A stretch of DNA of 24,000 nt from an uncultured Solirubrobacterales bacterium. Lineage in GTDB: Bacteria > Actinomycetota > Thermoleophilia > Solirubrobacterales > 70-9. The stretch lies in assembly GCA_963743875.1 (NCBI GenBank), contig CAVURM010000002.1, positions 84,740 through 108,739 on the forward strand, written 5' to 3'. The notes under the pieces were generated by a model. That model was given only the letters and a program-made list of their open reading frames with translations, searched no databases and was not told the DNA's origin. Positions 15,985 to 23,730 of this stretch are shown piece by piece. Each line of letters begins with the position of its first letter. Within the stretch, counting starts at the first letter, position 1. A program made the translations under genes and the position numbers.

Positions 15985-16146
15985 ACCGGGTTCCTCTCTC
16001 TAGTGGTTCCGCGCCGACGTGCTCGTCGCCCGCGATCCGAACAATCGAACCGAAGCTACTTCACGTGAGCCGTGATGAACAGCAGCCTGGACAAAGGTCC
16101 TAGCTCACGGCATGCGAACGCCCCACCGCCCGTACCGTCGGGGTGA

Positions 16147-17376
16147 TCAGGAGAGCTTGACCGGGAGCGTCTTGAGCTGGTTGAGGAACTGGGTCACCGC
16201 GGGGCGGGCCTCGCCGTTGCGGGTCATGTCCGGGTAGCGCCTCAGCGTCTCCTCGAAGAGGACCTTGAGCTCGAGCCGGGCGAGCGCGGTGCCGAGGCAG
16301 AAATGGCGGCCGCCGGCACCGAAGGCCTGGTGTTCGGGATTGCGGTGGATGTCGAAGCGTTCTGCATCCTCGTAGACGGCCTCGTCGCGGTTGCTCGAGA
16401 CGTACCACATCAGGACCTTGTCGCCCTCGGCGATCGGCTGGCCGTGGACCTCGGTGTCGGTCGTCGCCGTGCGCCGGAAGTTGCCGAAGGCGGGGAACAT
16501 CCGCAGGCACTCCTCGATCGCGCCCGGAATCAGCGACGGGTCCTCGACCAGCTCGCGCATCTGATCGGGATGGTCGAGCAGCGCGTTCATGCCGCTGGTG
16601 AACGTGGCCTTGGTCGAGTCGTTTCCGGCCGCAACCAGCAGGAAGAACCCCATCACGATCTCGTGGTCGGCGAGGGTCTCGCCGTCGATCTCGGCGTGGA
16701 CGAGGACGCTGGTCAGATCGTTGGTCGGGTTCTCGCGACGTGCGTCGATCATCTCCTGCGAGCGTCGGAAGATCTCGGGGAAATCCTCGGCGAGGACCTT
16801 CTCGAGTCCGCCCGGGGCGAGATCCTCGTCGCCCACGCCCAGCGTCGTGTTCATCAGGGTCGCCCAGGCCTTGTCGTCCTTCTCCTCGATGCCCATGAAG
16901 CTGCCGATCACCCGCGAGACGACGGGCTGGGCGATGTCTTCGACGATGTCGCAGCTCTCGCGCCCCTCGAGCCGGTCGAGGACCGTATTGGTGATCGTGC
17001 GGATCCCGTCCTCGTGCATCGCGATCCGCTTCGGGGTGAACCCACGCTGAAACAGAGCCTTGATCCGATCGTGCTTGGGCGGATCCATGGCGATGAACAT
17101 CGAGGTCATCAGCTCGAGCGGGATCGCGTGGGTGAGCGCCATGCAGCCGCCGCGCTCGGAGGAGAAGGTGCGCCAGTCCCGGCTCACCGCATGTACGTCT
17201 TCGGCCGTGACGACGGACCAGATGCCGGCCTCATCGGGGTACTCGTTGATCTCCGACCACTGCACCGGGCATTCGTGGCGCAGCCGCTTGAAGAGCTCGT
17301 GCGGGGGTCCGTTCTCCCAGTGCTCGCGGTCGACGATGTCGATCTGATCGAGGCTTTGATCCATCTCGGTGGCCAT
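16147..17376 (-). CDS. Cytochrome P450 monooxygenase
   Basis: 409 aa from ATG 17376. It has the I-helix LLVAAGNDSTK, the ExxR (EECLR), and the heme-thiolate loop FGAGGRHFCLGTALAR. The 250 codons upstream in the track ORF (16147..18126) are Arg/Gly/Pro junk that overlaps the GNAT gene. Confidence 0.92.
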   Translation of the reverse strand: MATEMDQSLDQIDIVDREHWENGPPHELFKRLRHECPVQWSEINEYPDEAGIWSVVTAEDVHAVSRDWRTFSSERGGCMALTHAIPLELMTSMFIAMDPPKHDRIKALFQRGFTPKRIAMHEDGIRTITNTVLDRLEGRESCDIVEDIAQPVVSRVIGSFMGIEEKDDKAWATLMNTTLGVGDEDLAPGGLEKVLAEDFPEIFRRSQEMIDARRENPTNDLTSVLVHAEIDGETLADHEIVMGFFLLVAAGNDSTKATFTSGMNALLDHPDQMRELVEDPSLIPGAIEECLRMFPAFGNFRRTATTDTEVHGQPIAEGDKVLMWYVSSNRDEAVYEDAERFDIHRNPEHQAFGAGGRHFCLGTALARLELKVLFEETLRRYPDMTRNGEARPAVTQFLNQLKTLPVKLS

Positions 17377-17450
17377 GTTTCGCTTCGTCTCCAGGTCGGC
17401 GTTGCGGTGCCGCCGAAGCCTACTGGCCAGCCAGCCAGATTCTTGGGCCG

Positions 17451-18209
17451 CTACTCGGGCCAGCGCGTCAGCTCCAGCGTGGTGAGGACGGGCCGGAAGC
17501 CAAGGCGGGCGTAGAGCTTCTTCGGCCGATCCTCGTCGTCGGCGACGATCCAGATATCCCCGACCGCGCCGGCGGCGCCGATGGCCGCCTTCGTCAGGGC
17601 CGTGCCGAGGCCGCGTCCGCGCTCGTCGGAATTGACGAATACCTCCGTGATCTCGGCCCCGTCGCCGTTCCGCTCCAGCTGTGCGAATGCCACCGGGTTC
17701 TCGTCCTTGACGACGGCGAGCACCCTCACGTCCAGCCGGGCCGCCACCTCGGCTGCCTGCCGGTGGTAGTCGCCGGGATCCTGGTCTGGGGATTCCTCCT
17801 GAAACCAGGCCACCCGCAGGTCGTGGACGGAGTCGTAGGGAACCTCCTCGACGGCGATCGCCTCCCCCGACGGCGCCGGGGCTTCGTGGCGCATCAGGAC
17901 CAGCCGCAGCGACCTCCAGCCGATCGCCTCGAAACCGGCCCGCAGCGGCTCGGCGATCGAGATGAGCTCGAAGTCCAGACGCCGGTGGCTGAGTCCTTCG
18001 AGCGCCTCGTCGGCGAACCTGGCCACTTCCTCCACGCTCAACCCCGGATCCCCTTCGACCCTGACCACGTTGAAGTCGTGGTAGCCGGGGTACTCCGTCG
18101 CCCGGACCACGGTCCCATGCGCCCACGACTCAACCCGGTCGCAGATCGCGGCATGGCGGGAGTGGTACCAGTCGAGCCCGCGGGCGGTCGCAGAGTCTGG
18201 GTCGGCCAT
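17451..18209 (-). CDS. GNAT family N-acetyltransferase (two-lobed, ~252 aa)
   Basis: The C-terminal lobe has the acetyl-CoA loop VFVNSDERGRGLGTALTKAAI and ..KKLYARLGFRPV. I chose ATG 18209 (MADPDSATARG..) rather than the track start at 18323. Confidence 0.75.
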   Translation of the reverse strand: MADPDSATARGLDWYHSRHAAICDRVESWAHGTVVRATEYPGYHDFNVVRVEGDPGLSVEEVARFADEALEGLSHRRLDFELISIAEPLRAGFEAIGWRSLRLVLMRHEAPAPSGEAIAVEEVPYDSVHDLRVAWFQEESPDQDPGDYHRQAAEVAARLDVRVLAVVKDENPVAFAQLERNGDGAEITEVFVNSDERGRGLGTALTKAAIGAAGAVGDIWIVADDEDRPKKLYARLGFRPVLTTLELTRWPE

Positions 18210-18304
18210 CGATGCCCAGATTACGTCTGAGGAGCCGGTTGACGAAGGTCGGAGCGGCACTGATCGCGATCTCAACCGTTGGCGGGGGTTGGAACAATCT
18301 CCGA

Positions 18305-18790
18305 GTGAGCTCGCCTCCGCCAAGGGTCCGCCGCGCAGATCCGACTGACGCCGGGACCATCGCCCGTCTCCTGCATCGGTTCAACACCGAATTCGATGAG
18401 CCGACGCCTTCGGAGGAGGCTCTTGCCGAGCGCATGGCTGAGCTGATGGCCGCAGGGGATACGTCGGTGCTGCTGACTGAACCCGGGCACGACGGCATCG
18501 CCGTCCTCCGGTTTCGCCCGGCGATCTGGAGCAGCGGGCTCGAGTGTTACCTGGCCGAGCTCTACGTCGTGCCCGAGCGGCGCGGGCAGGGCCTCGGGCG
18601 GGCCTTGATGGAGGTCAGCATCGATCACGCGCGCAGCCGCGGGGCCGATTACATGGACCTCGGCACCTCCGAGGACGATGTGGCCGCCCGCCGGCTCTAT
18701 GAGAGCTTGGGATTCACCAACACCGAGGGGACGCCCTCGGGCCCCGTGATGCTCTTCTACGAGCGCGGACTTGGGCTCGATCGCTCGTGA
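18305..18790 (+). CDS. GNAT family N-acetyltransferase
   Basis: RVRRADPTDAGTIARLLHRFNTEF.., the acetyl-CoA loop LYVVPERRGQGLGRALMEVSI, and ARRLYESLGF. The start is tentatively GTG 18305, which sits just upstream of the first conserved GNAT residues. It is divergent from the other GNAT across a 95-bp spacer. Confidence 0.8.
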   Translation: MSSPPPRVRRADPTDAGTIARLLHRFNTEFDEPTPSEEALAERMAELMAAGDTSVLLTEPGHDGIAVLRFRPAIWSSGLECYLAELYVVPERRGQGLGRALMEVSIDHARSRGADYMDLGTSEDDVAARRLYESLGFTNTEGTPSGPVMLFYERGLGLDRS

Positions 18791-18864
18791 GCACGGGGCG
18801 ACGCAGGTGACGGTTCAGGCTGCGTAGCTCGGCCACGCGCGCCGCAGCTATTCATACTGCCCCG

Positions 18865-19914
18865 ATGGCCTTGATCGACCTCTATCGAAGCACCGGAGCG
18901 GACGTGCCTTGGGGTGATCAGCTGCGAGCGCATCCCGGCGTGCGAATGGAGGGCTACTTCTGGCGCTTCACCGCCCCCCGCGATGACGGTCGCGTCCTGA
19001 TCGCGCTCTGCGGGGTCAACAGGGCCGACGACGGCAGCTGGTCCACCCTGGGACTGGGGGCGCACCCGGTCGGCCTTCTGCGAGCGGTGGAGCACCCCGA
19101 GGGCCGCGCCGACCCCGACGAGCTCGGTGCAAGGGCGGGAACCGCCTTCGAAGGGTCGCGCGATCACCTGCGGGTCGACCTTGGCGACGACGCCCAACTC
19201 GACGTAGGCGTTATGGCGCCGGTTCCCTGGGGGCGACGCATGTTCGGCGGATCGAGCTACTTCCAGTCGGTCCCCGCACTCAACCAGTACTGGCATCCGT
19301 GGCTGCTCGGCGGAACCGCGCAGGGAGTCGCGAACGTGGGCGGGGAGCCATGGGAGATCGACGGCTGGCAGGTCTACGCGGAGAAGAACTGGGGTCGGGG
19401 CGGGTTTCCGGACTCGTGGTGGTGGGGGCAGGCCCAGGGGTTCGCCGAGCGCGAGGCCTGCGTCGCCTTCGCCGGCGGGGAGATCAAGTCGGGGCCGCTG
19501 CGGACCGAGGTCACGGCGGTGGTGGTGAAGCTGCCCGACGGCCGGCTCCTGCGCCTCGGCAATCCCGGTACGTCACCCGTGGAGGCGCAGGTTGCCGATG
19601 AGCGCTGGTCGTTGCGGGGTGGAGGTTCCAGGTGGCGGGTGGAGATCGAGGGCGAGGCTCCGCGCGGGGCCTCGCACGTGCTGCCCGTGCCGTTGCCGCG
19701 CGAGCGCCGGAACGTGGCCGGCGCCCTCGAGCACCTCGGCGGCACGATGCGGGTCGTCGTTCGCTCGCGCAGAGGCGGCGTCGTCTGGCGCGGCGAATCG
19801 CAGCTGGCCGCACTGGAGCACGGGGGCCTCGAGCGCGCCGCACGGGAAGCTGAGCGCCGCGGCTTCCCGGGCGCTTCGGCGGTCGCTCCGATGGGCGCGA
19901 CCGCCGGCGACTGA
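18865..19914 (+). CDS. Tocopherol cyclase-like family protein
   Basis: 349 aa. MEGYFWRF.., NQYWHPW.., and YAEKNWGRGGFPDSWWWGQAQGF match the signature region of the tocopherol cyclase (VTE1) family as I remember it (EKNWG..FP..W.W.Q.N.F). Confidence 0.7.
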   Translation: MALIDLYRSTGADVPWGDQLRAHPGVRMEGYFWRFTAPRDDGRVLIALCGVNRADDGSWSTLGLGAHPVGLLRAVEHPEGRADPDELGARAGTAFEGSRDHLRVDLGDDAQLDVGVMAPVPWGRRMFGGSSYFQSVPALNQYWHPWLLGGTAQGVANVGGEPWEIDGWQVYAEKNWGRGGFPDSWWWGQAQGFAEREACVAFAGGEIKSGPLRTEVTAVVVKLPDGRLLRLGNPGTSPVEAQVADERWSLRGGGSRWRVEIEGEAPRGASHVLPVPLPRERRNVAGALEHLGGTMRVVVRSRRGGVVWRGESQLAALEHGGLERAAREAERRGFPGASAVAPMGATAGD

Positions 19915-19934
19915 CCGCCGGCGACTGACCGCGG
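19899..19934. repeat. 14-nt tandem repeat GACCGCCGGCGACT x2 plus a partial third copy (GACCGC)
   Basis: Read directly: 19899-19912 is identical to 19913-19926, and 19927-19932 is the partial copy. The tocopherol-cyclase-like stop codon (19912-19914) is formed across the copy junction. Confidence 0.9.
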
Positions 19935-19968
19935 CATCCCCAAGAGGCTCGCCTCGCCCCAACCGGGG

Positions 19969-20367
19969 CTACGAATACCTGCGCCCGATCTCTCCGAAGA
20001 AAGCCTCCGACAGACGAGAGAAGTCCGCTTCGCTCAGCTCGATCCTCTCGCCGACGCGGTAGCCCAAGATCGACTCGGCAGGGTCCAGCTTGATTGTCTT
20101 GTCGGCGGTCAAGATACCGTCGTCGTCCCGCAACGAGTTGCAGAGAACCCGGACCTCGTTGAGGGGGTTCCCGTCCTTCCCCTCGACGCCCCTGGCCCGA
20201 TGGCAGAAATAGTTGTCCAGCGCCAGGACCATGTGGTTGAAGAGCAACGGCTCGAACGACTGCCTCTGCGCCGACGATGCCATCTCCCCGTAGGCGGAGA
20301 TCAGCTCTGCGATCCTCAAGCGGCATTCGGCGACGTAATCGGGGGAGTAGTGGTTGATCGAGAGCAT
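19969..20367 (-). CDS. Hypothetical protein (132 aa)
   Basis: Intact ORF MLSINHYSPDYVAECRLRIAELISAYGEM.. with a plausible globular composition. Its codon usage looks less GC3-saturated than the neighbours. Family not recognised. Confidence 0.6.
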   Translation of the reverse strand: MLSINHYSPDYVAECRLRIAELISAYGEMASSAQRQSFEPLLFNHMVLALDNYFCHRARGVEGKDGNPLNEVRVLCNSLRDDDGILTADKTIKLDPAESILGYRVGERIELSEADFSRLSEAFFGEIGRRYS

Positions 20368-20441
20368 CGAATCTCCAGTTTGTTCTTCAGCATCTGAGAC
20401 GATAGGGACCGCCGAAAACCTACATCGATCGAGTTCTTCCC

Positions 20442-20852
20442 TCAGAGAGCCAGCCGCGACTCAAGCTGTGCCTTGGGAAGGGCTCCGGCGACTCGGTCGA
20501 CCTCGGCGCCGTCACGAATGAGGACCAGCAGCGGAATGCTCATCGCCTGATACCCCGACGCCAGCCCCGGGTTCTCGTCGACGTTCACCTTGACGACCTT
20601 CAGCAATCCGGCCCGCTCGGCCGCCAGCTGCTCCAGAACTGGCTCCACCATCCGGCATGGGCCACACCAGGGTGCCCAGAAGTCCACCAGCACGGGGACG
20701 CCGGCCTGGATTTCATCGGCAAACGTCGCCTCGTTCGCATGGACGATCCAGGGCAGGGCGTGCTTGCAGCGGGCGCACCGCGGGGTCCCTCGGGGAATGA
20801 CTCCGACGCGGTTCCTCGCCTCGCAGGACGGACAGGTGATCACCGACGGCAT
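20442..20852 (-). CDS. trxC: Thioredoxin with an N-terminal zinc-finger extension (Trx2/TrxC type)
   Basis: 136 aa from ATG 20852. The N-terminal CPSC..(13)..CARC zinc ribbon is followed by VLVDFWAPWCGPCRM (WCGPC active site) and the cis-Pro segment MSIPLLVL. Only this C-terminal part of track ORF 20442..22031 is credible. Confidence 0.9.
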   Translation of the reverse strand: MPSVITCPSCEARNRVGVIPRGTPRCARCKHALPWIVHANEATFADEIQAGVPVLVDFWAPWCGPCRMVEPVLEQLAAERAGLLKVVKVNVDENPGLASGYQAMSIPLLVLIRDGAEVDRVAGALPKAQLESRLAL

Positions 20853-20870
20853 TCCGGTCAGACTACCCCG

Positions 20871-21761
20871 ATGGAGGCTTTCCGAGGCGCGAAGGAGCAG
20901 GCGGGTTTCAGCCCGCCAGGCCCGGCCGAATTCGCGGCCGCCAGGGCGCTGCTGGGGCCGTGGCAGGCGCTCACCGATCCGTCCGTCGACGGGTACGAGA
21001 ATCTCCCGGGGAACGGTCGCTACCTGTTGGTCGGCAACCACACGACGCTTGGGGTCTTCGACGTTCCGTTCCTCGTCCTCGGCATCCACGAGCACACCGG
21101 TGTGCTCGTGCGCTCGCTCGGGGAACATCAGCACTTCCGGGTGCCGATGTGGCGTCAGCTGCTCTCCCGGTTCGGGACCATCGACGGCACCCGCGAGAAC
21201 ACCCGCCGGCTGCTGGAAGCGAATCAGCCCGTCCTCGTCTTCCCCGGCGGGGGACGGGAGGTGGCCCGGCGGCGCGGCGATCACTATCCGCTCGTCTGGC
21301 GCGAGCGCATCGGCTTCGCACGGCTGGCGCTCGAGTTCGGCTACACGGTCGTCCCGTTCTCGATGATCGGCGTCGACGACATGTGGGACGTCGTCGTCGA
21401 TGCCGACGACGCGCTCTACGCACCGGCGCGCGCCCTGGCCGCCCGGATCGACGTCGATCCGGAGATGCTGCTTCCGATCGTGCGCGGCCTCGGGCCGACG
21501 CCGCTGCCCCGGCCGCAGCGCATCTACGTCCGTCTCGGCCACTCGATCGAGGCGGGTGACTTCGGTTCCGCCTGGGACGACCGGGCGGGCGCGGCTGTGC
21601 TTCGCGACGCAGTTCGGGTGGCGGTCGCAGCCGGCATCGAGGAACTCCAGCGTGAGCGTGAGCGCGATCCCGCTCGCCACCTCATCCCCCGCCTGCGGGA
21701 TGAGGCCCTGAGATTGACGCGACCGCAGAGAGCGGCCTTGCGCCGGATGCTGCCGCTGTAG
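20871..21761 (+). CDS. Lysophospholipid/glycerolipid acyltransferase family protein (PlsC-like)
   Basis: YENLPGNGRYLLVGNHTTLGVFD (acyltransferase block I), VLVFPGGGREV (block III-like FPGG) and GFARLALEFGYTVVPF. I chose ATG 20871 (MEAFRG..), which is 18 bp from the divergent trxC start. Confidence 0.8.
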   Translation: MEAFRGAKEQAGFSPPGPAEFAAARALLGPWQALTDPSVDGYENLPGNGRYLLVGNHTTLGVFDVPFLVLGIHEHTGVLVRSLGEHQHFRVPMWRQLLSRFGTIDGTRENTRRLLEANQPVLVFPGGGREVARRRGDHYPLVWRERIGFARLALEFGYTVVPFSMIGVDDMWDVVVDADDALYAPARALAARIDVDPEMLLPIVRGLGPTPLPRPQRIYVRLGHSIEAGDFGSAWDDRAGAAVLRDAVRVAVAAGIEELQRERERDPARHLIPRLRDEALRLTRPQRAALRRMLPL

Positions 21762-21781
21762 GACACCTCCGTAAACGACAA

Positions 21782-21803
21782 GACCCCCGCGGCGGCGGGG
21801 GTC
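21782..21803. terminator. GC-rich hairpin GACCCCCGC-ggcg-GCGGGGGTC between convergent genes; a candidate bidirectional intrinsic terminator
   Basis: Perfect 9-bp stem with a 4-nt loop, read directly. It lies 21 nt after the acyltransferase stop and 39 nt after the stop of the small minus-strand ORF. The U-tract is weak (TCTCGGTC), as is common in high-GC actinobacteria. Confidence 0.6.
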
Positions 21804-21841
21804 TCGGTCGCCCGTCGAGCTCTCCTCGGCGAGGGCCGGAG

Positions 21842-21967
21842 TCAGCCGATGCCGATCGCGATCGCCAGCATCGTGACGACCACCGTGAGGAAGGTGATCG
21901 TCGAGCCGAGGCCGCCGGTGTGGTTGCGACTGACCTGGGAGACGTACGGAGTGGTTGAGCGGATCAT
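21842..21967 (-). CDS. Possible 41-aa single-pass membrane peptide
   Basis: MIRSTTPYVSQVSRNHTGGLGSTITFLTVVVTMLAIAIGIG*. ATG 21967 is preceded by GAAGGGA about 10 nt upstream, and there is one clear hydrophobic helix. It is short, so it remains speculative. Confidence 0.35.
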   Translation of the reverse strand: MIRSTTPYVSQVSRNHTGGLGSTITFLTVVVTMLAIAIGIG

Positions 21968-22001
21968 TGGAATCGGTTCCCTTCTGTCGGTTCCCGCGCG
22001 G

Positions 22002-22032
22002 GTTGCGGCGGTGGAACCAAGATCGCCGCAAC
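22002..22032. other. Perfect 9-bp stem (GTTGCGGCG / CGCCGCAAC) with a 13-nt loop, inside the 234-bp spacer upstream of the archease-like gene
   Basis: Read directly from the sequence. Function unknown; I did not recognise any riboswitch consensus. Confidence 0.3.
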
Positions 22033-22201
22033 GGGCGCCTGCAGCCAGGGGTCCACGGGCGGAAGCCGGCCCGCTTTCGGTGTGGTCCCGCTCACCCCCA
22101 CGGCGGGCCAATCGGGGCTGAGTACCGATGCGGAATGCGGCCCGAAGCGCCAGGATGGATCAATAGACGCCCTGAACGTCCTCGCCGAAAGGAACCTGCG
22201 G

Positions 22202-22606
22202 ATGTACAACACGATCGAAGACGGATCGAGCCTCGAGATCCTGCTCGATGACGTCAGTCCCGAGACCCTATTCACCGAGTCCCTGTTGGCATTGAGCGAC
22301 GTGCTGTCGGAGGCGACGGGCGGCACCCAGGTGACCCACGAGGTCCAGGTCGCTGCCTCCGATCTGCAGGGATTGCTAACGGCATGGGTGGAGGAGTTGG
22401 TCCGCTTGGCCGAGAGCGACGGTTTCATCCCCGAGCGGGTCTACAAGGAAAGGCTCGAGAGCTCCAGCTTCAGGGCGATGGTCGCCGGTGAACGTTCGAT
22501 CCCGCGGGCTGAGATCAGGGGCGTCACCTGCCGCGCAGTCGAGCTCAAGCGCCTGGATGACGGCGCATGGGCGGCGCGTGTGACTCTCGACGCCGACGCC
22601 GATTAG
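22202..22606 (+). CDS. Archease-like protein
   Basis: 134 aa from ATG 22202 (AAAGGAAC Shine-Dalgarno sequence 6 nt upstream). The pattern ..SPETLFTESLLALSDVL..VQVAASDLQGLLTAWVEELVRLAESDGF..FRAMVAGER..AEIRGVTCRAVELKRLDDGAWAARVTLD parallels archease blocks (..LEE.F..AA.A....v.....D...LL..WL.EL......F..G.A.GE....KAVT.H...v...dg.w.a.v..D). The usual N-terminal H.AD motif is not evident. Confidence 0.6.
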   Translation: MYNTIEDGSSLEILLDDVSPETLFTESLLALSDVLSEATGGTQVTHEVQVAASDLQGLLTAWVEELVRLAESDGFIPERVYKERLESSSFRAMVAGERSIPRAEIRGVTCRAVELKRLDDGAWAARVTLDADAD

Positions 22607-22672
22607 CGCCGCAGCCGACACCTGGTCGTCGCGCGAATGCGCGCCTTGTGAAGTCGACGCCGGCGACGGGAT

Positions 22673-23134
22673 CTAATCTGCCGGCTCCGCCCTGCTGGAG
22701 TCGCTCTCGAGCACTCGTTTGAGCGTCGAGCAGTGACCACTGAACTGCCGCCTCAACATGAGGCTCAACGCGGGCTGAAGGAGGCGCATGGCCCCCTCCG
22801 GTTGCCCATGAACGGTGAAGAGCATCCGGGTGCCGGAGGCGGTCGGCTCGAACCCGATTCCCGCATGAATCGGAAGCGAGCCCTCGATCATTCGAAGCGC
22901 GAACACCCGATCCCTCTCGAACTCAGAGACCTCCACCAGCGACTCGATCTCCTTCCCCCCAGGGCCTCGATGGACCTCCCGTATACGTGATCCGAGCTCG
23001 AGTGGCCCGTCTGTCTCGGGTACTGCCGAGACCGTGTTCGTCTGCCAGCTCGGCAGATTCGACGGATTCACGACGTAGGCGAACACCTCGCTCACGGGGC
23101 GCTCGATCTCTGTCTCGACCGTGAACGCAATCAT
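22673..23134 (-). CDS. SRPBCC (START / polyketide-cyclase-like) family protein
   Basis: 153 aa from ATG 23134. MIAFTVETEIERPVSEVFAYVVNPSNLPSWQTN.. is the typical opening of the SRPBCC family. The ATGA overlap with the TetR stop (23131-23134) indicates translational coupling. Confidence 0.8.
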   Translation of the reverse strand: MIAFTVETEIERPVSEVFAYVVNPSNLPSWQTNTVSAVPETDGPLELGSRIREVHRGPGGKEIESLVEVSEFERDRVFALRMIEGSLPIHAGIGFEPTASGTRMLFTVHGQPEGAMRLLQPALSLMLRRQFSGHCSTLKRVLESDSSRAEPAD

Positions 23135-23703
23135 CGTCCCTTCCTTTCTCTGACGTTTTCCCACCAGGATTCGAAGTTGGAGCGGCGCCAACCCTGACCG
23201 GTGTCGACGCCGGCGAACACGCGCGCCAGAAGTGGACCTGCCAGCGAATCCAGCACGGCCTCGGGATCAACGTCCTCCCTGATGTCGCCACGCTCCTGCC
23301 CACGTTCGATCAGCGACTTCACGGTTGCCCGGCGTGGGCTGAGGATGTTGTCGCGAAAGGCCGCGATCAGCTCTGGATGTCGCTCTTCCTCCGCGATCAG
23401 TCCGCCGATCAGTCGCACGTAGGAGGGTGCATCCGGGGGGAATCCTCGTTCCATCGCCGTCCGGAGTTCGAGGCGGGTGTCGCCGAGGTCGGGCACGTGG
23501 AGCTCTGGGAGCTGACGCCCAGCGATTGCGGCCGCCACCAGCGTGGCCTTGTCCGGATAGCGCCGGTAGATCGCGGGCTTGCCCACGCCGGCACGGCCTG
23601 CAACCGCCTCGATGGTCATCGCACCGAAGCCGGACTCGTCCAGAAGCGCCAGCGTCGCTGCGGCTATCGCTTCATCGACGTTCGGATCCAGAGGACGAGC
23701 CAC
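23131..23703 (-). CDS. TetR/AcrR family transcriptional regulator
   Basis: The N-terminal HTH FGAMTIEAVAGRAGVGKPAIYRRYPDKATL is the canonical TetR DNA-binding signature. GTG start at 23703. Confidence 0.9.
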   Translation of the reverse strand: MARPLDPNVDEAIAAATLALLDESGFGAMTIEAVAGRAGVGKPAIYRRYPDKATLVAAAIAGRQLPELHVPDLGDTRLELRTAMERGFPPDAPSYVRLIGGLIAEEERHPELIAAFRDNILSPRRATVKSLIERGQERGDIREDVDPEAVLDSLAGPLLARVFAGVDTGQGWRRSNFESWWENVRERKGR

Positions 23704-23712
23704 GATTCATAA

Positions 23713-23730
23713 CGTAACGCGATCGTAACG
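23713..23730. promoter_or_regulatory. Direct repeat CGTAACG-cgat-CGTAACG centred on a CGATCG palindrome; candidate TetR operator
   Basis: Read directly. It lies 10-27 nt upstream of the TetR GTG in a locally AT-richer spacer shared with the divergent gene at 23803. Confidence 0.3.

Noticed and set aside
16061-16109. TCACGTGA palindrome (16061-16068) and CGTGAGC / GCTCACG inverted repeat (16064-16070 / 16103-16109) downstream of the P450 gene
   Set aside because: This could be a terminator or an operator. However, the stem is only 7 bp with a 32-nt spacer, there is no U-tract, and I recognise no consensus. I did not promote it to a feature.
17377-18126. 250-codon N-terminal extension of the P450 ORF (track 16147..18126)
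   Set aside because: The extension is Arg/Gly/Pro-rich junk that overlaps the GNAT gene in another frame. P450 homology begins at ATG 17376 (MATEMDQSLDQIDIVDREHWENGPPHELF).
20853-22031. Upstream ~390 codons of the 529-aa minus-strand ORF that contains trxC
   Set aside because: The region is antisense to the well-supported acyltransferase gene and has low-complexity Arg/Pro/Asp composition. Thioredoxin homology, including its zinc finger, starts at ATG 20852.
21968-22201. Possible riboswitch in the long archease leader, including a partial resemblance of ACGGGCGGAAGCC to the ZTP/pfl core
   Set aside because: I could not find the complementary 3' pseudoknot element (CCGCCTGGGC type) or other conserved riboswitch cores on either strand. 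Only the generic hairpin is retained, as a low-confidence feature.
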